Assembly: GCA_036149055.1 (NCBI GenBank)
Contig: JAYZQJ010000069.1
Span: forward strand, 64,001 to 128,000
Source: Myxococcota bacterium
Lineage (GTDB): Bacteria; Myxococcota_A; Polyangia; Polyangiales; Sandaracinaceae
Length of the DNA: 64,000 nt
Direction: 5' to 3'
The notes below the pieces were generated by a model that had not been told where the DNA came from, did not search any database, and worked only from the letters and a program-made list of their open reading frames with translations. Positions 56,857 to 64,000 of this stretch are shown here, in pieces. Positions within the stretch are counted from its first letter, which is position 1. Every line of letters begins with the position of its first letter. The translations under genes and the position numbers were made by a program.

Positions 56857-57693
56857 GTGGAGCCGCGCTGGGGACACACCGAGCGGCTCGCGGCGGCGCT
56901 GATCGCGCGTCGCGACTTCGCCGACGCCGTCCGTCACCTGAACGCCGCCGGCATCCTGCCGATGCCCCTCAAGGGCGTGCTGCTCCAGCACATCGTCTAC
57001 CAGGACCCGGCCGACCGCCTGCTCTCCGACGCGGATCTGCTCGTCCCCCCCGGGCGCTTCGACGACGCGGTCGCCGCGCTGCGCGCCGCCGGCTACCGCA
57101 CCTGGCCGGAGGGACGCGCGGCCGTCTGCTCCAAGGGCCCCGACGCCCAGCTCGAGGTCGACCTGCACCGTCGGCTCTTCTCGCCGGGCCTCTACGGGCT
57201 GAGCGCCACCCAGCTCTTCGCGCGCGGCCGGATCGACGAGACGCTCGTCCAGGGCGTCGTGGTGGTGCCGGCCCCGCTCGACCTCTACGCGCACCTGGTC
57301 GGCAACTTCGCCAAGGGCCGCCACGAGGCGAGCCACGCGCCCCAGCTGCGCGATTTCTCGGCCGTCGCCAGCCGCTTCCGCCTCGCCCCGGAGCCGGTCG
57401 CCCGTCACCTGGAGCGCCACGGCCTCGCCCGCGCCGCTCGCTACTCCCTGACCATCGCCCACGGGGCCGAGGACGCCTTCGCCGGCGAGGTGCTCCGCCA
57501 CCTCCGCCCCGACCGGGTGGGCGAGCTGAGCGCGGCCGCCGCCCGCGGCCTGACCGGGCGCTGGGGAGGGGCCGCCCGGCTCAGCCTGATCGCCCCCCAC
57601 CTGGTGAACCGCACCCTCCCCCGCGGCGCGGCGAGCTGCGCCATGCACGTCGCCCTGGGCCTCAGATCCCGCATCGCGCGCCGCTGGGGATGA
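56857..57693 (+). CDS. Uncharacterised nucleotidyltransferase family protein (start may be 56821)
   Basis: PLKG, RLLSDADLLV, VDLH. Confidence 0.75.
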   Translation: MEPRWGHTERLAAALIARRDFADAVRHLNAAGILPMPLKGVLLQHIVYQDPADRLLSDADLLVPPGRFDDAVAALRAAGYRTWPEGRAAVCSKGPDAQLEVDLHRRLFSPGLYGLSATQLFARGRIDETLVQGVVVVPAPLDLYAHLVGNFAKGRHEASHAPQLRDFSAVASRFRLAPEPVARHLERHGLARAARYSLTIAHGAEDAFAGEVLRHLRPDRVGELSAAAARGLTGRWGGAARLSLIAPHLVNRTLPRGAASCAMHVALGLRSRIARRWG

Positions 57694-57795
57694 GGCGGTC
57701 GGTGGCGTGGCGAACCTGCCACCTGGGGAAAACAACCCCTCTTTGATCGGCCGCCGTCGGGCTCATTCCTCCGTCGAACCCCAACGGAGGAACCG

Positions 57796-58077
57796 ATGAA
57801 GAAGACCCTCGGAATCTTGCTTGCGTCCATGGCGCTCACCCTCGGCTGCTCGAACGAGATCGGCGAGCTGCTCGAGTGCGCCCAGGTCTGCGAGAGCTAC
57901 GACGACTGCGTGATGGACAGCTACGACCAGACGGCCTGCACGGACGCCTGCGAGAGCTACGCGGACGTCAGCGACGCCAACGAGGCGCAGGTCTTCGACT
58001 GCGACGACTGCCTGAACGAGCTGGAGTGCAGCCCCGACTGCAACGCCCGCTGCGACGGCATCATCCCGGCGTTCTGA
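57796..58077 (+). CDS. Small Cys-rich acidic lipoprotein
   Basis: GGAGG RBS; LTLGC lipobox; CxxxC pairs. Confidence 0.85.
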   Translation: MKKTLGILLASMALTLGCSNEIGELLECAQVCESYDDCVMDSYDQTACTDACESYADVSDANEAQVFDCDDCLNELECSPDCNARCDGIIPAF

Positions 58078-58094
58078 GGGGCGCTGCGAAACCC

Positions 58095-58141
58095 TCTCCT
58101 TCCCGGGCCGATGCGGGTGCTACTTTGGCCCGGGAGGGAGA
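58095..58141 (+). promoter_or_regulatory. 15-bp inverted repeat overlapping RBS of downstream gene
   Basis: TCTCCTTCCCGGGCC (58095-58109) pairs with GGCCCGGGAGGGAGA (58127-58141). Confidence 0.5.
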
Positions 58142-60112
58142 ATGTACGTACGAGTTCTTTGCACGATCGCTGCCCTGCACCTGCTGGCTGCGTGCGGTGG
58201 AGATGGTGTTCCGCTGGACGGCTCTACCCGCGATGCTGGGGAGGGAGACACCGGCCCCGGCACCGTCACTTGCGAACGAGACCGCGACTGCGATGACATG
58301 CAGTTCTGCAACGGCCGAGAGGTCTGCAGACCTGCCGACATGGCCGCCGACGCACGTGGGTGCGTTTCCCAAGGGAATCCGTGCCTCGCCGATCAGTCTT
58401 GCAACGAAGTGATGGGTCGATGCGAGAGTGATTGCGACAGCGATCCCGACGCGGATGGTGACGGGTACGCCGCGGCGAACTGCGGCGGCGTGGACTGCGA
58501 CGACTCGGACGGAGCGATCCACCCCGGCAGGACGGAGGTTTGTGATGACCTCGGCGTCGACGAGGACTGCGATCCCAGCACGCTGAGCGGCCCTGCCGAG
58601 ACGGACGTCGACTCGGACGGCTACGTCTCGGTGTCGTGCTGCAACCGCCAACCGACCGGCGCCGTTCGTTGTGGACTCGACTGCGACGACGAGCAGCGCG
58701 CTGCAAACCCCGCCCAACCTGAGACCTGCGACGAAATCGACAACGACTGCGACGACGCGGTCGATGAGCGCGTGCGAAACACGTTCTACCGGGACGCCGA
58801 CGGTGACCTGTACGGTGACGACGGCGATACGGTCGAAGCGTGCATGCAGCCCAGCGGCTACACCGCCAACGGTGGAGACTGCGACGACTCGCGATCGAGC
58901 GCCAACCCCGGTGGAATGGAGACGTGTGATGGGCTCGACGAGGACTGCGATACCCGAGTCGATGAAGAGGTGAGCCCCCGCCCCGACACGGCGGAGCACT
59001 GTGGCGGGTGCGGACTGGTCTGCCCCGCCGGATATCTCTGCGCGGGGACCGAGTGTGTGGATGAGCCCGTCAGGCTCACCGCAGGCTCCACCTCGACGTG
59101 CGCGCTGACCGCGGCCGGGGATGTGTATTGCTGGGGCGGCAACCGTGAAGGAGAGGTCGGTACCGGGAGCTCGGTCGCGGTCGTCCCGATACCGACCCGC
59201 GTGACCTTGCCCGCACCCGCCTTGGACGTCGCCATCATCAGTAAGTCCACGGACTTCTCCATGGACGCCTACGAGGTGGTGACCTGCGCGGCGCTGACGG
59301 ATGGAAGCCTCTGGTGCTGGGGAACTGGGCTCGGCTCGAGCCCAGTGGCTTCGGCCTTCTCTGCGCTGCCCAGCGGAACCAACGCTCTCGCCGGAGCCGT
59401 AGTCTCGGAGCCGACCCTGTACGCGCTGACGATGGCCGGAAGCGTGTCGCTACACGAACGGACCGGCTCGAGTTGGGTCATGACCGCAATCGGTCCGGCA
59501 GCCGCGGTCACCGGTCTCTGTGGACGACGCTCCGGAGGCACCATGGCATGCCAGGGCCCGAGCGGAGGCGTGGTGACCTACCCGGAGGTGGACGGGGGCA
59601 CGCTCCAGTCTGCTTCGGAGAGCAGCTGCGCGACGCGCGCCGACGGCGCTCTCTTCTGCTGGGGCCGAAACGGGCGAAACCAGGTCGGGCCGGGCGCTGG
59701 TGTGATCTCGACGCCCACCCGGATCAGTGGTCTGCCTGCCCTGCCCCTGACGAGCGTGAGCACCCGGAGCGAATACCTGTTCTTCGGAATCGGCCGCCCC
59801 CCAGGGGAGAGCGGCCATACGTGTGTGACCGTCAACGACGGTCGCGCGTATTGCTGGGGGGCCAACTCGCGGGGTGAGCTCGGCGTGGGGGGAGCGTCGG
59901 CGCCGTCAGCCACTCCGGCGCGCGTCGCGACCACGCAACGCTTCACCGCGGTCGAAGTAGGCCTGTTTCACACATGCGCCCTGAGCGACACGAGCGAAGT
60001 CTGGTGCTGGGGCGCCAACGACGGACGCCTCGGCACCGCTGATGTCTCCGATGCCCATGCGCCGGTCCGCCTGCCCGGGTTCCCGGTTCGCGTTCCGCCG
60101 ACCGGTCCCTGA
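58142..60112 (+). CDS. Cys-rich surface lipoprotein with DCDD/ExCD metal-binding repeats and RCC1-like repeats
   Basis: LLAAC; DCDDSDGAIHPGRTEVCD repeats; multiple CWG.N..G RCC1-type repeats. Confidence 0.88.
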   Translation: MYVRVLCTIAALHLLAACGGDGVPLDGSTRDAGEGDTGPGTVTCERDRDCDDMQFCNGREVCRPADMAADARGCVSQGNPCLADQSCNEVMGRCESDCDSDPDADGDGYAAANCGGVDCDDSDGAIHPGRTEVCDDLGVDEDCDPSTLSGPAETDVDSDGYVSVSCCNRQPTGAVRCGLDCDDEQRAANPAQPETCDEIDNDCDDAVDERVRNTFYRDADGDLYGDDGDTVEACMQPSGYTANGGDCDDSRSSANPGGMETCDGLDEDCDTRVDEEVSPRPDTAEHCGGCGLVCPAGYLCAGTECVDEPVRLTAGSTSTCALTAAGDVYCWGGNREGEVGTGSSVAVVPIPTRVTLPAPALDVAIISKSTDFSMDAYEVVTCAALTDGSLWCWGTGLGSSPVASAFSALPSGTNALAGAVVSEPTLYALTMAGSVSLHERTGSSWVMTAIGPAAAVTGLCGRRSGGTMACQGPSGGVVTYPEVDGGTLQSASESSCATRADGALFCWGRNGRNQVGPGAGVISTPTRISGLPALPLTSVSTRSEYLFFGIGRPPGESGHTCVTVNDGRAYCWGANSRGELGVGGASAPSATPARVATTQRFTAVEVGLFHTCALSDTSEVWCWGANDGRLGTADVSDAHAPVRLPGFPVRVPPTGP

Positions 60113-60123
60113 GTCGCCGGCTG

Positions 60124-60173
60124 GTCGTCGACGCACCTCGAGCGCAAGACAACAAACGGGGTGCGTCGACGGC
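60124..60173. terminator. Hairpin between convergent genes, putative bidirectional terminator
   Basis: CGTCGACGCACC ... GGTGCGTCGACG. Confidence 0.5.
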
Positions 60174-60177
60174 GCAC

Positions 60178-62064
60178 TCAGATGAGCGGGTTGATCGCCT
60201 CGAGGTCCAGGCCGCCCGGGTACATGTAGCTCGTGTACGAGCCGAACCCGTAGACGACGATGCCGAAGGCGTTGTCGCCCGAGATGGTGTGTTGGCCCGC
60301 ACCAATCGGCACCTGCACCGTCCCGTAGCCGGTCGAGCCGATGGGCATGAAGCCGCTCACCGGCGAGCCGTCCAGCGTGATGGTCGAGCCGCTCGGCGCC
60401 GTCACGCTGACGAAGTTCGTCGGGTACGAGCTCGGGGCGAGGAACGTATACTCGGTCCGGTACTGCTCGGTGGGAATCGCGAGCGAGAAGGCCGGGTCGC
60501 CCTCCCCCATGTCCCCGGCCATGCCATATCCCGCGTAGTCCTGGCCCACGAGGTACTGCCCGACGAGGATCGGCCCGGTGCCGGTGACGCGAAAGCTCTG
60601 GCTCGCCTCGAACTCCATGTACTCGCCCCGGTTGAGGGTGCGGCCGGACGCGACCGACGGGGGATCGAAGGTGATGGCGTTGCCGTCGGCGCCCGAGAGC
60701 ACGCGCACGATGTTCGGCTCGGTGCGCCCCATCGGCGGCTGCGTCTTGGCGACGATGGCCTCCTCGTCCCATGCGTCCTGCGGGAACATCGCCTCCTCGA
60801 GGTGATCGCAGGCCCAGCGGTTGTAGGGGACGAACGCGCAGTTGTGCCCGCCGATGACCTGGACCGGGCCGGTGGCGCGGATCTCGGTCCCCGTCAGGTC
60901 GTACTGGTCTCCCACCGTGCAGTAGTCGATCGTGACGGTCGTGGGTGGAAAGAACGGGATCGGCGAGGGGATCTCGAGAGTCTCGCTATCGCCCACCGTG
61001 CAGCTCGACGGCGCGCCGCCGACCAGCTGGAGCACGTCGCCCTGGTTCAGGGTGTAGGTGGCCGAGCTGCCGGTGCCCTGGGCCGAGACGCCGGGGCCCG
61101 CGACGACGTCGCCGCGAAACTGCACGGTCACCTGCACGGGCGTCTCGCTGACGCCGACGATGGTGGCGAAGCCCGGGGAGGAGCTCTCCGAGCCGTCCTG
61201 GCGGAGCATGAGCGTCGGGCGAGAGAGGATGGTGTAGTTGCCCGTCATCACGTGAGCGGGCAGCAGCAGCGACGCGTCGTTCGAGAAGCTGTACTCGCCG
61301 CCCTGCTCGTACTCGAGCGGGGTGAACTGGTAGACGGTCACCGGCACGTTCGACTGGAGCCGGTAGGAGCCGCCCGACAGCAGGATCGACTGCTCCTCAC
61401 CGATGGTGCCCTTGAGCTCGTTGACCCAGGGGATCGGGATGGTCTCGGTCGCGCCGGCCGCCACCGTGCGCGTCTCCATGACCGAGCCGCCGCGCGAGAG
61501 CGTCACCGTGGCCGGCATCGTCTGCGGGTTCGCCACCACGACCGCGGGGCTGAAGGTCGCGTCGACCTGCGAGTTGAGGGTGGTGACCGGCCAGTACTCG
61601 CAGCCGATGTAGCTGTTGGAGCGGGCCGCGTCGTCGCAGAGGCTCGTGCAGGCGCCGATCGTGGAGTTGCACATCTGGCCGGCCGCCGCGTCACAGGCCA
61701 TGAACGGCTCGTAGCCCGTGCCCGCCTCGTTGCAGCGGGTGACGTCGTTGCCGTCGCAGTTGAAGCTGCCGGGGCGGCACGTCGCGCAGCCCACCGCCTG
61801 CACGCAGACCTGGCCCATGTCGGTGCACATGGTGCGGCCGGTCTCGCTGCCGTCCGCGGCGCACCCGATGGCGGTGTTGCCCATGCAGACGAAGCTCGGC
61901 CCTCCGGCGGTGCAGCCGGTGGGCGGCGGCGGCGTCTCGCCGTCCCCGAGCACGCCGCTGTCACGGAGCGCCGGAGGCGTCCGCGCGTCGCAGCCGACGG
62001 TGGCCAGCGTGGCCACGATGGAGAGGGCCAGCAGGCCCGAGAAGGTCAAGCTCGTACGCATCAT
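60178..62064 (-). CDS. IgGFc-binding-domain lipoprotein
   Basis: TVGC lipobox; SYIGCEYW, FSNDASLLLP, CDHLEE, GDPAF, SYMYPGG. Confidence 0.88.
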   Translation of the reverse strand: MMRTSLTFSGLLALSIVATLATVGCDARTPPALRDSGVLGDGETPPPPTGCTAGGPSFVCMGNTAIGCAADGSETGRTMCTDMGQVCVQAVGCATCRPGSFNCDGNDVTRCNEAGTGYEPFMACDAAAGQMCNSTIGACTSLCDDAARSNSYIGCEYWPVTTLNSQVDATFSPAVVVANPQTMPATVTLSRGGSVMETRTVAAGATETIPIPWVNELKGTIGEEQSILLSGGSYRLQSNVPVTVYQFTPLEYEQGGEYSFSNDASLLLPAHVMTGNYTILSRPTLMLRQDGSESSSPGFATIVGVSETPVQVTVQFRGDVVAGPGVSAQGTGSSATYTLNQGDVLQLVGGAPSSCTVGDSETLEIPSPIPFFPPTTVTIDYCTVGDQYDLTGTEIRATGPVQVIGGHNCAFVPYNRWACDHLEEAMFPQDAWDEEAIVAKTQPPMGRTEPNIVRVLSGADGNAITFDPPSVASGRTLNRGEYMEFEASQSFRVTGTGPILVGQYLVGQDYAGYGMAGDMGEGDPAFSLAIPTEQYRTEYTFLAPSSYPTNFVSVTAPSGSTITLDGSPVSGFMPIGSTGYGTVQVPIGAGQHTISGDNAFGIVVYGFGSYTSYMYPGGLDLEAINPLI

Positions 62065-62222
62065 TCGATTGCTCCCACCACGTGCGCGGCGCGAACGAGC
62101 CTCCCCCACCAGTGGCCGCGGCCACCCCGGGACGCCCCCGCGAGCGCGTCAACCGCGAATAGATGACGGATCTCGGCCCCGATGTCGAGGGTGGCCGTCA
62201 CCGGACGGACACGAGCGGAGCG

Positions 62223-63515
62223 CTACCCGCGGGGCCGAGCCCCGGCGGCGTCGAAGGCCTCGGCGAGGGCCCGCGCCTCGACGATGTTGTCCTCGATGGA
62301 GCAGTAGGTCCACGAGCCGTAGCGGCCGGTCGAGTAGACCCCGCGGGTCGCGAGCGCGGCCTTCAGGCGCGTCACCTCGGCGATGGAGCGCTTGGTGATG
62401 TGCACGTAGGCGGGGTCGAGCACCACCGAGTGGCTGCTGACCAGCTGATGGCCGTCGACCACGCCGCACTTCGCGAGGTCGGCGAGCACCTGCGCCTTGG
62501 CGCGCGCGACCTCGGCCTCATCGATGACGCTGCCGTGGGGGTAGCCGATCTCGACGTACATGCTCATCCGGTCGGTGCCGAAGATGTTGTCGTAGAAGCC
62601 GAGCCGGTAGAAGCAGAGCTCGCGCTGCGGGTAGTAGATCCAGTGCACCCCCTCGGGGCCCTTGCGATCGAAGCCGAGGTTGAAGACCAGCACCTGGTTC
62701 CAGGTGAACGCCTCGGTGTCGTGCGCGATCCCGGTCATGCCGAGCAGCTTCGGCAGCGGCGCGCTCGAGATCAGCGCCTCGAAGCGAATGGTCCGCCCCT
62801 TCGACGTGGTCGCCGTCTTGGCCTCGAGATCGATCCGCTCGACCCGCTCCCGGAGCGAGAGGCGCCCCTCGTCGACGCCCTGCATCAGCGCGTGCACGTA
62901 CTGGATCGCGCCGCCCTCCGGGTAGGTGAACGACGCGTTGTAGGAGGCGTTGTCGCTCGCGCGGAAGTTGCGGATCACCTCGTCGATGTCGGCGTAGGGG
63001 AAGAAGCGCCCCATCGCGTCGACGTCGAGGGTGGAGAGATCCGTCGCGTAGAGCTTCTCGTTGTAGGGGACGAGGAACATCTCGGCGATGGACCGGCCGA
63101 ACTTGGCGTAGAGCATCTCCTGGAAGCTCGTCGCCGGCGCGTCCTCCCGGAAGTAGAGGTCGTGCAGCGCCGCCGCGAAGTCCTCCTTGGGGAGCTGGTG
63201 GATGTTCTTCTGGAACGGGAAGTCGACGTGGTCGCCCTTCCAGTGGATCAGCGAGCGCTTCTCCACCTCGAGCACCCGCTGGCCCTTCATCCGGTCGACC
63301 AGGTAGCGCTCGATCTCGGGGTGCCGGAAGTGGAAGAAGTGCCCCGAGTAGTCCCACACGAAGCCGTCCTGCTGGACGGTCTTGCAGTAGCCCCCGATCT
63401 CGGCGTCGGCCTCGCAGATCAGGTAGTCGTCCGACTTCACCCAGTCGGCGAACGTCAGCCCGCTGATCCCGGCGCCGACGATCAGGTACCGCGTCTCGAC
63501 CACCTCGTCGCTCAT
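62223..63515 (-). CDS. FAD-dependent oxidoreductase (UDP-galactopyranose-mutase/HemY-like, polysaccharide-associated)
   Basis: [37 protein letters not shown]. Confidence 0.85.
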   Translation of the reverse strand: MSDEVVETRYLIVGAGISGLTFADWVKSDDYLICEADAEIGGYCKTVQQDGFVWDYSGHFFHFRHPEIERYLVDRMKGQRVLEVEKRSLIHWKGDHVDFPFQKNIHQLPKEDFAAALHDLYFREDAPATSFQEMLYAKFGRSIAEMFLVPYNEKLYATDLSTLDVDAMGRFFPYADIDEVIRNFRASDNASYNASFTYPEGGAIQYVHALMQGVDEGRLSLRERVERIDLEAKTATTSKGRTIRFEALISSAPLPKLLGMTGIAHDTEAFTWNQVLVFNLGFDRKGPEGVHWIYYPQRELCFYRLGFYDNIFGTDRMSMYVEIGYPHGSVIDEAEVARAKAQVLADLAKCGVVDGHQLVSSHSVVLDPAYVHITKRSIAEVTRLKAALATRGVYSTGRYGSWTYCSIEDNIVEARALAEAFDAAGARPRG

Positions 63516-64000
63516 GCCTTCTCCTTCAGCAGCGGGTGCGCCCGCTCGCCCGCCTCGGTCGGCGCGGTCGTCCGGATGCGATGGGCCAGCTCGATCGACG
63601 GCCGCGCGTCCTCGATGGAGTAACCGCCCCCGGCGAGCACGTCCTCGTACACGCGGGTGTGCAGGTCGGTGAACCCGGTCGAGAACTCGATCTCCTCGCC
63701 GTCCATCGTGATCGAGCGGAACGCCGGCTGCCCCGCCCGCAGGCTCGCCTCCGGCAGGTCCTCGTAGCGGGTCGAGAGCAGCCACCGCACGTTGGCGCGC
63801 TCGAGCCCGAGGAAGCCGCTCCAGCGATCCGGCTCGGCCAGGTGCACCTCGTTCTCCCGCGCCGGGCCGAAGAGCCACTGGAGCAGATCGAAGAAGTGGA
63901 TGCCGATGTTGGTCGGCAGCCCGCCGGACTTCGCCTCGTCGCCCTTCCAGCTCACGCCGTACCAGGCCCCGCGGCGCGTCATGTAGCTGAGCACCACCTC
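63512..64000 (-). CDS. WbpB-like UDP-sugar 3-dehydrogenase (Gfo/Idh/MocA), C-terminal part
   Basis: [41 protein letters not shown]. Confidence 0.85.
   Translation of the reverse strand, partial: EVVLSYMTRRGAWYGVSWKGDEAKSGGLPTNIGIHFFDLLQWLFGPARENEVHLAEPDRWSGFLGLERANVRWLLSTRYEDLPEASLRAGQPAFRSITMDGEEIEFSTGFTDLHTRVYEDVLAGGGYSIEDARPSIELAHRIRTTAPTEAGERAHPLLKEKA

Noticed and set aside
56857..58077. Lasso peptide/RiPP cluster around the nucleotidyltransferase
   Set aside because: No cyclase, leader peptidase or PqqD-like gene; the small ORF has a lipoprotein signal.

Overview
High-GC bacterial chromosome segment. It is most likely a myxobacterium (Myxococcota, Polyangiales/Sandaracinus-like), inferred from two Ser/Thr kinases, two PP2C phosphatases, an MshEN-type protein and Cys-rich lipoproteins. 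About 65 genes were resolved, many joined by ATGA/GTGA stop-start overlaps. Housekeeping blocks are rlmD-nrdR-ribD-ribB(X)-ribH-nusB, cysteine desulfurase-mnmA, methylmalonyl-CoA mutase mutA-scpA-meaB, ddl, and rpsP-khpA-rimM-trmD-SPOUT-rplS. The most interesting locus is an Rrf2-cysK-E1-Ubl-miniE1-cysM-JAB-NUDIX-AMMECR1 cluster. Its ThiF/MoeB E1 lacks the N-terminal arginine-finger helix, and a separate 104-aa gene keeps exactly that helix plus the dimer-interface helices. This suggests a heterodimeric, eukaryote-style bacterial E1. Other notable items are a HARE-HTH/dead-Mrr/acidic-tail protein, a uracil-DNA glycosylase operon with three unknown proteins, a Tat-signal TrxB-like oxidoreductase, a ZinT-like lipoprotein, a DUF455 plus ATP-grasp pair, an UshA-like tetraheme protein and an arsS pair. 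No tRNA, rRNA, CRISPR array or transposase was recognised. All calls come from motif recognition by eye; no database searches were run.
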